NCBI RefSeq assembly: GCF_006345805.1
Contig: NC_043013.1
Span: 24,490,001-24,554,000 of the forward strand
DNA length: 64,000 bases
Source: Octopus sinensis
Lineage: Eukaryota
Direction of reading: 5' to 3'
The notes beneath the pieces are model-generated. The model saw nothing but the letters and a program-made list of their open reading frames with translations. It ran no database searches and was not told the origin of the DNA. Made by a program: the position numbers and the translations under genes. Below are positions 28,385 through 41,874 of this stretch, piece after piece; position 1 is the stretch's first letter, and each line of letters starts with the position of its first letter.

Positions 28385-30110
28385 GCGGCCAAAGAGACAA
28401 AAATTGAGTACATCAACATCGAAGAAGATGATATCACACTAGCCATTGATGAGATTGACACAAACTCAGCTGCTGGACCTGATGGATTCCCAGCGATCCT
28501 TCTCAAATCGTGCAAACGAGCCCTTGCAAACCGCTACAGCTTCTTTTCAGAGCTTTCTTGCAAGTGGTAAGCTCCCAGTCAAACTGAAAGAGGGGGTAGG
28601 GTAATGCCCTATCCATAAGGGAGGTAGCAGAGCAGATGCTAAAAATTATAGGCCTATCTCTCTGACCTCACACATCAGCAAAGTCATGGAACGAATAGTC
28701 CGTAAGAAACTAATCATGTTCCTTGAAGAAAATGACTTACTGTCTGACACCCAGCATGGATTTCGACCAGGTAGAGGCTGCCTAACACAGCTCCTGCAGC
28801 ACTATGACTGGGTGTTGAAACAGCTACTAAATGGCTCAAATGTGGATGTAATATATCTTGACTTTGCAAAAGCCTTTGATAAAGTCGACCATGGTATGAT
28901 CTGTCATAAACTGCGTGGTCTCGGCATAGGCGGGAAACTTGGAGAGTGGCTGCACAACTTCCTAAAAGACAGAAAACAGGCAGTTGTGAGCAATGGAGCC
29001 ACCTCCAGGGAACGCAAATAACAAGCGGTGTCCCACAGGGCACTGTCTTGGGGCCACTGATGTTCATAGTGGCCCTTTCAGACATGCCTTCAGTTGCTAC
29101 GATGACCACCCTTGCTAGCTATGCAGATGACACAAAGGTCTCCCACGCAATACAGAACCCTGAAAATATTGCGCATCTGCAACATGAGCTGGACACAATA
29201 TACAGGTGGGCTGAGGACAACAACATGCAGTTAATGCAGGTAAGTTCCAGGCCCTGCGCTACTGGCACACAAAGGTAAATGACGTGAAGACTGGATACAC
29301 TGGCCCAGGAAGAATTGCAATCCCTGAGTCAAAATCAGTGCGTGACCTGGGCATTGACATGAGCAATGATGCATCTTTCCAAATGCATATTGCTAATCTG
29401 GTGATAAAATGCAGACGGCTAGCTGGATGGATTCTCCGAACTTTCAGAACAAGAGAGAAGGAGACATGATGGTCCTATGGAAAACATTTGTCCTCAGCCG
29501 CTTGGACTACTGCTCCCAACTTTGGTCACCACAAAATATAAAACAAACAGCAGAACTCGAAGCAACTCAGAGAAGCTACACAAAGAAAATCGTCTCAATG
29601 CAAAATGTCAGCTACTGGGAAAGACTGAAGGTATTAAACCTCTTCTCCCTGGAGCGGAGGCGGGAGAGATATGCAGTAATATACATCTGGAAAATCCTGG
29701 AGGGTCTTATCCCAAACTTTGGCATTCAAAATTACTCCAACCGCAGAACGGGGCGCCGCTGCGTGGTGCCAAGGATTCCAACATCACCATCAAAATACAG
29801 GTCCAGATACTGCAACAGCTTGGGTTTCAGAGGACCACAGCTTTTCAACATCCTCCCTAAATGCTGAGAGACTTACATGGTGTGGATGTGGGTTTCTTTA
29901 AAACTAAACTGGATCTCTTCTTGTTGGAAGTCCCAGATGAACCTACCTCACGACAGGAGACGCGGATGCGGGCAGCAGCATCGAACTCCCTTGTTGATCA
30001 AGTGCCACGTATCAGAGGTGGATTCACAAACTAGTGTGGCTCATTCAGCGGTGGTGCCCCAGCATGGCCGCGGCCTTCGGGCTAAAACATTTTTAAGGAT
30101 TTAAGGATTT
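28385..30110 (+). mobile_element. CR1-like LINE, 5'-truncated, with frameshifted reverse transcriptase and complete 3' tail
   Basis: AGPDGFP, NYRPISLTS, QHGFR, YLDFAKAFDKV, GVPQGTVLGP, YADD; tail ...GGCTAAAACATTTTTAAGGATTTAAGGATTT. Confidence 0.95.
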
Positions 30111-30131
30111 ATATACATACATACCTATATA

Positions 30132-30165
<34 letters not shown>

Positions 30166-30839
30166 CATACATATATATATATATACATACGTATATATAT
30201 ATACATACATACGTATATATTTATACATACATACATGCATATGTATATACATATATACAGGTATATATATATATATATAGGTATATATTTATATATATAG
30301 GTATATATATATACACGTATATATATATATATATATATATACATACATACTAAAATACATACGTACGTATGTATACCTACATACATACATACATAGATAC
30401 GGGTATACGTGCATACATACATACATACATACATACATACATACATACATACATACATACATACATACATACGTATATACATGTATACATACATACATAC
30501 GTATATACATACATACAAACATACAAACGTATGTATATACATACGTATATACATACATACGTATATACATACATACATACATACATACATACATACATAC
30601 TTATATACATACATACATACATACGTATATACATACATACATACGTATATATATACATATATACATACATACGTACATATATACATACATACGTATATAC
30701 ATGCATACATACGTATATACATGCATGCATACATACATATATACGTATACACATACATACATAAATACATACGTATACATATATATATATACAGACAGAC
30801 AGACATACGCGAATATACATACATACTTACATAGATACG

Positions 30840-30888
<49 letters not shown>

Positions 30889-31392
30889 CATACATACATA
30901 CATTCATACATGTATACGTTCATATATATGGACGTACGTACGTATGTACGTACATACATATACATACACGCATACATACGTACGTACGTATATACACTAT
31001 CATACATTCGTACGTACGTACGTACGTACGTATATGCATTCATACATACATATATACATACACACATACATACGTACGTACGTACGTATATATACATACA
31101 TACCTACGTACGTACGTATTATTTATTTATATATACGTACGTTCGTACGCATGCATACATAAATACATACATACATATATACATACATACATACGTACAT
31201 ACGTACGTATATATTCATACATACATACGTACGTACGTATTATACATATATACATACGTACGTACGTACGTATATATACATACATACATACATACATACA
31301 TACATACATACATACATACATACATACATACATACATACGTACGTTCGTACGTATATATACATACATACGTACGTACTACGTACGTATATAT
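30111..31392. repeat. (TACA)n/(TACG)n/(TA)n satellite
   Basis: Direct inspection. Confidence 0.95.
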
Positions 31393-31492
31393 CCATTTTG
31401 CTAGAAGAAGATCCGTTATGGTCTTATATGCTACACCACTGGTTTTGAATTCATATTAATCAAATTAATATTCAATTTTTCACCCTTTTTTC

Positions 31493-31529
<37 letters not shown>

Positions 31530-32339
31530 GCAGTTCGTATAAAGTTGCACGAATCACTTGAACTTGAATAAGTAGTTTCACATAAATGTGGATAAATTAA
31601 AAAGGTTTGTTGTTATTATTATTACTGTTTGACTATTGTAATCACGTTTGTTGGTTCCTCGTCAGGGAAACGTTGTTGTCTTGCATTTGTTAAATAATTG
31701 TAAACCGTAACCCTCCGACTTTCGGAGAAGGAGCTTTGGTTATTGTTTAAAAATTGAATTGTGTCCTTGTTTGGGGAAATTGATAATATTTTCACCGTCT
31801 TTACGGAAGCATTTTTGTTAAAATGCTTTCGATAGAAGAAAGTCCAAAAAGGAATTTCACTGCAGCCGTACACTTCTATACAAGAGGGAGGACAAGATCC
31901 AATTGATCGAAATTGCAAAAGAGACGGGCCTACAATTCCAGTCTGTTATATACTTTGAGTATTGTTATCACTAGCGATATCAAGATATAACATTGTATTT
32001 TGTATTTTATGTGTAGATGTATATATATATAGATGTACATGTAATATGTACACATATATACATGCATAATATATCTACCTATACATACATACGCACACAC
32101 ACACACATACATAGGGGCAGGTGTGGCTGTGTGGTAACAAACTACGTTCAGTCTCACTATGTGGTGACTTGGCATGTGTCTTCTGCTGTAGCTTCAGACC
32201 AACAAAAGCCTTCTCAGTGGATTTTGTACATATATACAGGCATACATACATATATATATACATGCATGTTCTATATTTTATAAATTACCCATATTTACTT
32301 ACCCATGCTTCATTCCCATCTTGCCTACATAGGGCATCC

Positions 32340-32692
32340 ATTCTCTTTTAACACAGCATGAAGTTTTGTAACAGCACATCCGCTGCCGTTCGTGGAAATC
32401 GAAGAGACCCTATTCACCTGCGAACATTTTACACCGCCTTCCACGACTATCAAATTCTTACAATTATGTGAACAATAACATGGCTCTTTTCAAGACAACC
32501 TCGCATTCAATTCTTACACCATTCTACGAGGGGGTAGGAACCCCTTTACACGGCTTTCTATACACTTACAAATACATTCATTCGCCGTAAACTTATATCA
32601 ATATTTGCCTGAATAATCATCATAATTCAGTGCAATCATTAACAGTACTTTCAAGCAATTCAGCCCCGAGCATCGCCGGGCAATTCTGTTAG
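32340..32692 (+). mobile_element. Helitron-like 3' end (5' boundary uncertain)
   Basis: Hairpin CCCGAGCATCGCCGGG followed by CAATTCTG-TTAG-T, paralleling 13122-13150. Confidence 0.5.
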
Positions 32693-32718
32693 TTTATATA
32701 TATAGGTATATATATATA

Positions 32719-33372
32719 ATGGCCCAGTGGTTAGGGCAGCGGACTCGTGGTCGTAGGATCGTGGTTTCGATTCCCAGACCGGGCGTTGTCAGTGTTCATT
32801 GAGCAAAAACACCGAAAACCTCCACGACGCTTTGGCAGGGGGTTGTGACACTGCTGTACTCTTTCACCACTCTTTCTCCCACTCTTTCTTCTGTTGGCCT
32901 GCTCGCTTAGCCAGCGGGGTGGCGTCATTCAAAGGCTAAAACAATGCGAACGCATTGTGACCAGCGATGTGTAACAACATCTGATGGTCTGGTCGTTCAC
33001 GTGTCACGTGTATATATATATCTATACATATATATATAGGTGTATATATACACGTATACATATATATATGAGTGTTTATTGAACGAAAACACATAAAAAG
33101 CTCCACGAGGCTCCGGCAGGGGATGGTGGTGATCCCTGCTGTACTCTTTCACCACAACTTTCTCTCACTCTTACTTCCTGTTTCTGTTGTATCTGTATTT
33201 CAAGGGGCCGGCCTTGTCACTCTGTGTGTCACGCTGAATATCCCCGAGAACTACGTTAAGGGTGCACGTGTCTGTGGAGTGCTCAGCCACTTACACGTTA
33301 ATTTCACGAGCAGGCTGTTCCGTTGATTCGGATCAACCGGAACCCTCATCGTCGTAACCGACGGAGTGCTTC
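32719..33372 (+). mobile_element. Two SINE pieces related to 6271-6655 (32719-33005 with head; 33071-33372 body and tail)
   Basis: GGCCCAGTGGTTAGGGCAGCGGACTCG...GGTTTCGATTCCCAGACCGGGCG; second piece matches the reverse complement of ~6275-6570. Confidence 0.8.
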
Positions 33373-33378
33373 TTCTTC

Positions 33379-33447
<69 letters not shown>

Positions 33448-33481
33448 CATATATATAGGTATGTATATATATATACATGTA

Positions 33482-33538
<57 letters not shown>

Positions 33539-34200
33539 ATACATATATATAGGTATGTATATATATATATAAGTATATATAATACATATAGTATATAAAT
33601 ATCAGGTGGATCAATCTTTACAGAAATATGAATGTGGTTGAAATATCTTTATTAAGCTAAATCTTTAACGACAACAGTCAATACCTGATTCCAAGCATAT
33701 CCTTATTCCTGAGTCCTCTTGTGGACGTTTTCTGGATATTCTATATCACTGTAGTAAATCATTTGCTACCAACTTCTTTTCTTATCTCTCATTATACATT
33801 AAACAGGAGTAGACTTTTGTGTTTTGATGGTAGATAATAACAGATCACTTTTCGTTTCGGGTGACAAATATATATGGAAATCAGTGTTTGAACATTGTAA
33901 TGTTTTGTTTCTGTCTCAATAAAGAGAAATTAGAGAGGCGTTACGTTCTTGGAAGCTAGATTTTGAACAAATGATAAGTTAAAAAAATATGTTCCTTACT
34001 TAGGCATTCTATGCATAATATTTTACTGCAAGAATACTGATCATCCTTCTCAGAAATACATCTAAATAAATTTAAATCCCGAAACATATCCCGAATATTT
34101 TATCATTTCGAAATGTGGGAAGAAAATTCTTAGTAGACTAAGACAACATTTCAAAAGAGTGCCATAAAGAGTGCCATAAACATTTTAAAAGAGTGCCATA

Positions 34201-34610
34201 GGCGCAGGAGTGGCTGTGTGGTAAGTAGCTAGCTAACCAACCACATGGTTCCGGGTTCAGTCCCACTGCGTGGCATCTTGGACAAGTGTCTTCTGCTATA
34301 GCCCCGGGCCGACCAATGCCTTGTGAGTGGATTTGGTAGACGGAAACTGAAAGAAGCCTGTCGTATATATGTATATATATTTAAGTGTGTGTATATATGT
34401 TTGTGTGTCTGTGTTTGTCCCCCTAGCATTGCTTGACAACCGATGCTGGTGTGTTTACGTCCCTGTCACTTAGCAGTTCGGCAAAAGAGACCGATAGAAT
34501 AAGTACTGGGCTTACAAAGAATAAGTCCCGGGGTCGATTTGCTCGACTAAAGGCGGTGCTCCAGCATGGCCGCAGTCAAATGACTGAAACAAGTAAAAGA
34601 GTAAAAGAAT
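34201..34610 (+). mobile_element. Full-length tRNA-derived SINE with CR1-like tail
   Basis: A-box-like TGGCTGTGTGG, B-box-like GGTTCAGTCCC, tail (GTAAAAGA)n. Confidence 0.9.
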
Positions 34611-34980
34611 AAAGAGAGTAAAGAAAGACTCGATTTCAAATTCTGAATTCGCTTTGTTTTTATAATATTTTAATAGAACCGTGAAAATAACAATATACAG
34701 AAGATAAAACAAAAATACAGAAATAGAATTGAAAAAACGAAAACGATTAAAAAGATAAAAAGGGAGCGCATCGTTCAGACCCAAATTATTTTGAACGTGC
34801 TTGTAAATATATTTCTATATGAGAAGATACTATTTCAGTTGTAAGTATAGGTTCTTGTTTCAGTGGAAAGTTAATTTTATAAGAATATATGTATGTATGT
34901 ATGTAAGTAAGTATGACTATGTATATATGTATGTATATACATATGTGTGTGTGTATATGTATACATGAATGTATACATGA

Positions 34981-35086
<106 letters not shown>

Positions 35087-35712
35087 ATATATATATATCA
35101 TATATATATATATATATAAATATATAATATATATATATATAATATATATACATATATATATAATATATACATACATATATATCGAAATATATACACGTAT
35201 ACACATATATAAATACATACATATATATGCATAAATCTACATGGATATATATGTATGTATGTATGCATTTATACTTGCGTATGCGCAAACTTTCTTTGCA
35301 ACAGACTGTTTTGTTTTTTTTTGTTCGTGACGAAAAAGGTTTTGGTAAATTTTTGGTAAGTTTGCCTTGTACAATCAACTCTATCATAAGGCAGACACGA
35401 AACTTTGACTGGACATCTTTGATTGTCGTCTCTTTACGAAATTATGTCTTCAGATTTGATGTCGATTCTTTCAAAAAGATCATCCTGACATCAAATACAT
35501 CCACTATACGATTGTTCCTTTCAGCGTTCGTTACTTTGGCTTTCTTGAATTTTATATTCAATATAAAATTTTCATACATATCTTTTCATACTTTGACTTG
35601 TTTCAAAGCAGGATGCGTTTTTACATGTGTATGTATATATATACACACATATATATATATATATAAATCGATATAGATATATGTGCATATATATATATAT
35701 ATATATATATAC

Positions 35713-35780
<68 letters not shown>

Positions 35781-36324
35781 TATGCGCATATATATATATT
35801 CATATGTTTAAATATATGTGGATATATATATACATACACAAACATATGTATTTACATATATGTGAATGTGTGTGCAGAGGTATATATATATATATGCAAA
35901 TATTAGTATGCGTATATGTGTGTGTGTGCGTGCGTGTGTCTGTGTATTATATATATATATATTATACAGCGAGGGGGAGAGAGAAAGAGCGAGCAAAAAG
36001 GGAAGGAAGAGATGTTTATATAGATGATATCTTTTTGATTCAGTACATTTAATTGAATCAATATTTGTTAGTGAACATACACATATATTTCTGAGTAATT
36101 TTATCGGGCTACGAATGTTCAAGAAGAAAAATGTCATAACTTGATATACGTAGTCTTTGTATGTCGTTATGCTGGATATCTGGAAGGTAGCTAGTTATAC
36201 TATTGTTTTTGAATGACAAATCTGCTGATATTTACAAGTAAATGAATATCTCTTACATGCATGCGTTAAAATTATGGAATCAAAAATATATTGTGGTATC
36301 CAAATGTAACTACGCCTTCTTAGA

Positions 36325-36626
36325 AAGTGATTCTCAAACAGTGATTAGTTGCGGCGCACTTCAGAGCAAATAAAATATGCACTTTACGCACAAATTCAAA
36401 AAATGTATCAAAAGCTATTGAAATACTTTTAGTCTAATTTAAATTACTGATCATTATTGAGTTCTCATTTCTCAATTCAGTAAATAAAGCATAATTATCA
36501 AGGCTTTATAAGAATATTAGCTTGTATTTTGCACATTTTGAATATAATTTTATTATTTTTATGGCGTGCCTTTCTGCATCTCGTTTGCACTTTTGTGTTC
36601 CGCCGCGCATCATTTGGGAACCACTG
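36325..36626. mobile_element. hAT (Charlie-like) MITE, old
   Basis: TIRs (A/C)AGTGATTCTCAAA / TTTGGGAACCACTG; imperfect 8-bp TSD TTCTTAGA / TCCTAAGA. Confidence 0.55.
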
Positions 36627-37694
36627 TCCTAAGAGAAGATTTCAAACTAGAAACATCTAGAGGCATATAATACTATGCAATATGGGATATTTATCTATAT
36701 CTATGCAGCTTACAGAAAAAGAATTTCTATAAATATGTTCTACTTCAGTTTTTATTGGTTTACATTTTTAAAAATTTTATAATGGCCTGAACTCTCCAGA
36801 CTATTGATTCGGCGAATTATCTTTACAATGCTCTACTTTTTTTTTTATTATAGAAGTAATTTAATTTTAAAATGACATGATATCTTTATAAGGAAGTCAT
36901 AATCAATATCATCGATCATGCAATCTACAAGAAATTATTTAATTGATAATTTTATTGATGAACGTGATTTTAGCAGGAAATGAACCCAGAAATGTAATCA
37001 GAAGGGATTTTCGGTCAATCTAAATATCTTATCTTTGTACCTCTTTATATTACTTTTGAATGTTTAATCCTTTGAAATGATCAAATTTAACAGTAAATAG
37101 TTTTGGTTTTGATATGTTTAAACATTTGATATTCCATGTTTGTTTTAACGTTTGGGACGGCTTTTATAAAATAATTTAGCTTTAATAATGAATGGAATAC
37201 AAGAATTATCTCATGAAATCATCCAGGAATATTTCAGTACAAGCTTTCAAGTAATCTGTATAAATGTTTGGTTCTCTTAGTATTGTCTATGTTTAGGTAT
37301 TTCAGAAGCATTTAATTAAAGTTAATCTCATTTTTCATTAATGTTTGTTACATAAAACTTCCATAATTAGAGTATAAAGAGAAGTTATATTTCCCCTTTG
37401 ATTAATAAATACATACAAGTCTTCAACCAAATAATAATTGATCACTTCAGCATTTATTGGTAAGTACTATATCAATTGATAGAATATTTATGAATACCTA
37501 TTCAGATAAAATACAGTTTTCGGCTTGTATGAACCGCAAAACTTACGTTAACATTGCTTTTAGAATATAACTTTAAATTGTATTTTGCGTTAAGTTTCGT
37601 CTATATACAAAGCTATTTGACATAGCAACATTTCATCACAGAATACATAACGGCTTTATTATTTTCATTTGCTTTTTTACATATCAACGTAAGA

Positions 37695-37740
<46 letters not shown>

Positions 37741-37762
37741 TATTATTATTATCATTATTATA

Positions 37763-38172
37763 TTGTCTTTGTACAGTTTCTAACGATGGAGATTTACTAC
37801 GGTGTTGGCTGTTCACTACCAATGAACTAAGGTAACACCCCTTATTTTTCGAGCACCATCCGGAGTATTCGAGCGGTTCCAAACGGTGCTGTTTTCTGCA
37901 AGTGCTCTGCCCTTATTGCAGCTCCTATTTGTTCCATGTACTCCCAGGGCTCCAACAATTGTAATACTGCCACCTTTTTCAGCAACCACAACTGCTTAAC
38001 CTCCCAAGCTAACCTGTTATATCTATCGATTTTTCTTCCTTCCTTATCGCATACCTTGTTGTCAGCCGGGCATGCTATATCTATGATACAGCATCGTTTG
38101 CTTTATTTCTCAATTAACACTATATCTGGTTTCTTATTCTCTATCTCATGGTCACACTGACTCATAAAATTC
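37763..38172 (-). mobile_element. Dong/R4-clade LINE 3' fragment (restriction-like endonuclease) inserted in (TAA)n
   Basis: Minus-strand translation across frameshifts: QCDHEIENKKPDIVLIEK...IDIACPADNKV...LAWEVKQLW...EHLQKTAPFGTARILRMVL; (TTA)n on both sides, the known Dong target. Confidence 0.8.
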
Positions 38173-38178
38173 TATAAG

Positions 38179-38242
<64 letters not shown>

Positions 38243-39657
38243 GGCCTACTTTGTAAACTATTTCATATTGTGTGTTAGTTATCAAAATATATTTCAATAA
38301 AATGTATTTGACGATATCAGACTGAAAATATTTAAAGTTTATATATATATATTATTTCAATTTCAGCTCGTTATTGCTTGCTCTCTGGATATCTGAGATT
38401 TACTTTCTTTCTTTTACTAATTCGAGCCAAGGAACTCTCCTTTTGGTAACATTGAATTACTTATTATTCGAGTTCACACAAATGTTTTTCTATAATCCCG
38501 TCTGGTGGTGTTCGTTTACTGTAATTGCTGTCACATGGCAAGAAATTAGCATTTATTACGATGTATTTTAGAATAAACTAGGTTTTAAAATGTCAGAATT
38601 AGAAACTTCATCTATTTTTTTATATATATATCTGAAATTTTACTTAATTTATTTTTGAATATGTGAAAACAATAAAATAGGAACAGTAGGTATCATGATA
38701 ATGATGAAAACGAGGAAGGAAAATAGAAAGAGAAGGTGCAGATGAAATAGAAAGAAGATGGTGTTGATGATGGTGATAATCATCAGCATCACCATCCTCC
38801 TCATCTTAGTCATGATGAAATTAATGGCACTCACCTCAAACAATTGGGATAAAACCATGGTAATTGAAATATCAACTACGAAAGTGCCGCAGAAACAATG
38901 AAGATAGAATTTCGACCATCCGATGGAGTTATTGGAGAAATATAAACGGTAGTCAGTCCCTTCCATTAATTTCCTAATTTCCTAAACGGGGGAGTTTAAT
39001 AAAAGTTAGTAAGAATTTAAACATTTCTGGTAAATATGCGCTTTTGACTTGACTAACGAAGGTAGATCTTTGCTTTAGTCTTCAACTATAATCCCATTCA
39101 CATCCAGGGTGTTTTATAGAACTATAGGAATATTGAATCGTGTTCAATTCTTGTCAGGTACTTTATTTCATCGATGACACCAGAAAGATAAAAGGCAGAC
39201 TTGACCTCGGCGAAATTTGAACACAGAACATAAACAAATCGGAACTAAACACCGCAAGGTATTTTGTCCGATGGTATTTTGTGAATTCTTCCACCAGAAT
39301 TATATATTGTGTATATATAAGTTAAAAAATAAAATTTAGAAGAGAGTGTAATATTTTCGTGTATATGTATGTAAATGTTTATTTTCCCTTTTTTCTTCTG
39401 TAAAGAGGAAAACTATAGGAAAACGAATGCCAGCACGAATTTAAGTAGTATAAGAATAAATAATGTTTCCAAGAAGCATTCATACAAAGATGATGAAAAT
39501 ATAATGCAAGTTAATAGTACAAGAGTATTCCAATTTAATGAAAACAAGATTCAGAAAAAGCAGAAAAATTGGTTTCTATCGGGGATAGGTGGCACCTAAG
39601 ATTGGAGGCTTAGCAATTTTCAGGTGGAGTTTAGCTTCTTTTATCTAGAGCATGTCC

Positions 39658-39784
<127 letters not shown>

Positions 39785-39802
39785 CATGTGCGTACATGTG
39801 TA

Positions 39803-40370
39803 CACAGACATGCAGGAAGTAAATAGACACATTTAATTTTCAAAATGTTTGATCTAAGCGTCTTAATATGTTAGAATTTACAATGTAATTATTCTTTTTC
39901 ATTCCAAGTGCCATTATATTAAACATTTGCGAAGAGTAACCAAACCACATACAAGAAATTCGGCAGAACTGTCAGATTTTCAAAGAGGTCGAATTGTTGG
40001 GCAATCTGAAGCTGGTCTTAGCCAGCGAAAAATTACCGAAAAATCTTCAAATCCCTCTTGCTACTGTTAATACAATTATAGTGCAATTCAAAATCCAAGG
40101 AAAAGAATCAACAGATTCTCGTCCAAGCCGACCTGAGCCCTCGGAAAGGAAGCTTCACTGTTTGAAGAGAATTGTGGAAAACGAACCCCGTTCGAAGGCT
40201 TCTGACATTGCAAAACAGCTAGAAGTTAGTCCAAGAACGTGTGTTACATAGCTGCATAAGCTTGGGTATTGTGGACGAAAAGCTAGAAGAAAACCTCTCC
40301 TTCAACCAATTAATATCAAATAAAAGATTTTGAAAATTAAAGGTGTCTACTTACTCCCTGCATGTCTGTG
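39803..40370 (+). mobile_element. Internally deleted Tc1-like transposon
   Basis: ~44-bp TIRs CACAGACATGCAGG...; TA at both flanks; N-terminal HTH remnant ELSDFQRGRIVGQSEAGLSQRKI and ARRKPLL; no DDE domain. Confidence 0.9.
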
Positions 40371-41834
40371 TATATGACGTTGTTTTAGTTGTTTATCAGG
40401 CAAACCTCTGCCAATTCTACTTTCACTAGTCATAGTAGTAAATGCCTACCTTCGAAATAAATAAAAATTTAAAGAAAAACTATCTTTTTAATATATTATG
40501 ACAATTATACTACCAAATCTCGGATATGAGCCTTCTTTATAATGTTTGTCACTGTAGAAGCAACACTTCAATACCGAGCTGAAATGCCGTCCTTCATTGG
40601 ATGATTTTTGTACTCCACCATACTTTTGTACAATAACATTCATCTCTCCTATGTTAGTGGTGTCAGAATATCAATTTACTTAACTACATTAACAATAGTT
40701 CTATTGCTGAACATTTTGAACCTAAGATGCAGACATTCATAAACTGTTTGAGCAATGTTGAATGTAGATTGGAAAATTCTAACAGACTGAACCGAAATTG
40801 TCTCCAGCACACGAGATCATTGGGAAATGATCTCATGAACTGGAGAGTTTTAGTTCAAGAAAGGATTTTGCATTTGGCATCAGATAATGCTTCGATTGAA
40901 TTCGAGTTCCACACATCTTCCAGGGGAAAATATAATCTGAAGACGCAATTAATAATACGAATATTACTTGTATGGTAATTTCGTTCTAAACTGTAATTAC
41001 TAAACAGTAATTTTTATTTTAGAGCTCAACCAGTTCCCACTACACTGGTGATTGTCTACTCACTGCATTCATTATTTAAGTGCATCAAAAACTATTACAG
41101 CTATACTAAAAAAATGCATCTTAGTAAACCGTCGAGTTGTAACTTTGATAAGCCTCATCTTAAGTAAGTAACCTAGTCTCAACTTATCTGAATTTGCCTC
41201 TGCTTTTCACACCTCATCCCCAAAACAATAGATAAAATATGTATCGTATAAATATAGTTTCATTGAGAATTGTAGACTGGGAAAGGTTAGCTGAGATCAC
41301 AATTAAAACGTAGCAAGAGTATGTGCGGCAAACATTTGATCTGCCCTAGACATGTGCATGTGTGATATTCAGTATTGATAAAAAGGTAAGACATTGTGTA
41401 AATGCAGAGAACAAGAAGCAATCAGAGTTGGAGAAAGTGAAGTTTTAGTATTAATTAGACTAAATCATGCAGAGAATGCCATCAACAAGTGTTTGAACAT
41501 TCTAGAATGAATGTGCAGATAGTTACTGAAAAACTAAGACATGTTACTATAAATGTTTAATGACTAAATGTCATAAACGGCTGTAATATTAATCGATTGC
41601 TGGCTATTACAAAAATTACCAAACAAAAATGAAATCATGGGAAAAGACAGGCAGATGCAATGCTAAGAGTGGGCATCAAATATAACGAGGAAGGAAAATA
41701 TCTGCCACAGACCATCTCGATTAAGCTCTTATGCAGGAGCATACATACACCTACATGCATGCATACATACATACATACACGCGTGTATACATACATGCAT
41801 ACATACATACGCACACACATATTTATGCATATGC

Positions 41835-41874
<40 letters not shown>

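Noticed and set aside
30092-30110. Telomere-like repeat (TTTAAGGA)n
   Set aside because: It is the 3' terminal repeat of the CR1-like LINE, also seen at 27154 and 56340, not TTAGGG.
35227-35676. 149-aa ORF, and a TGCGTATGCGCA palindrome with a nearby GTAAGT as a possible promoter or first exon
   Set aside because: ORF starts and ends in microsatellite with no known motifs; the regulatory reading rests on a single short motif.
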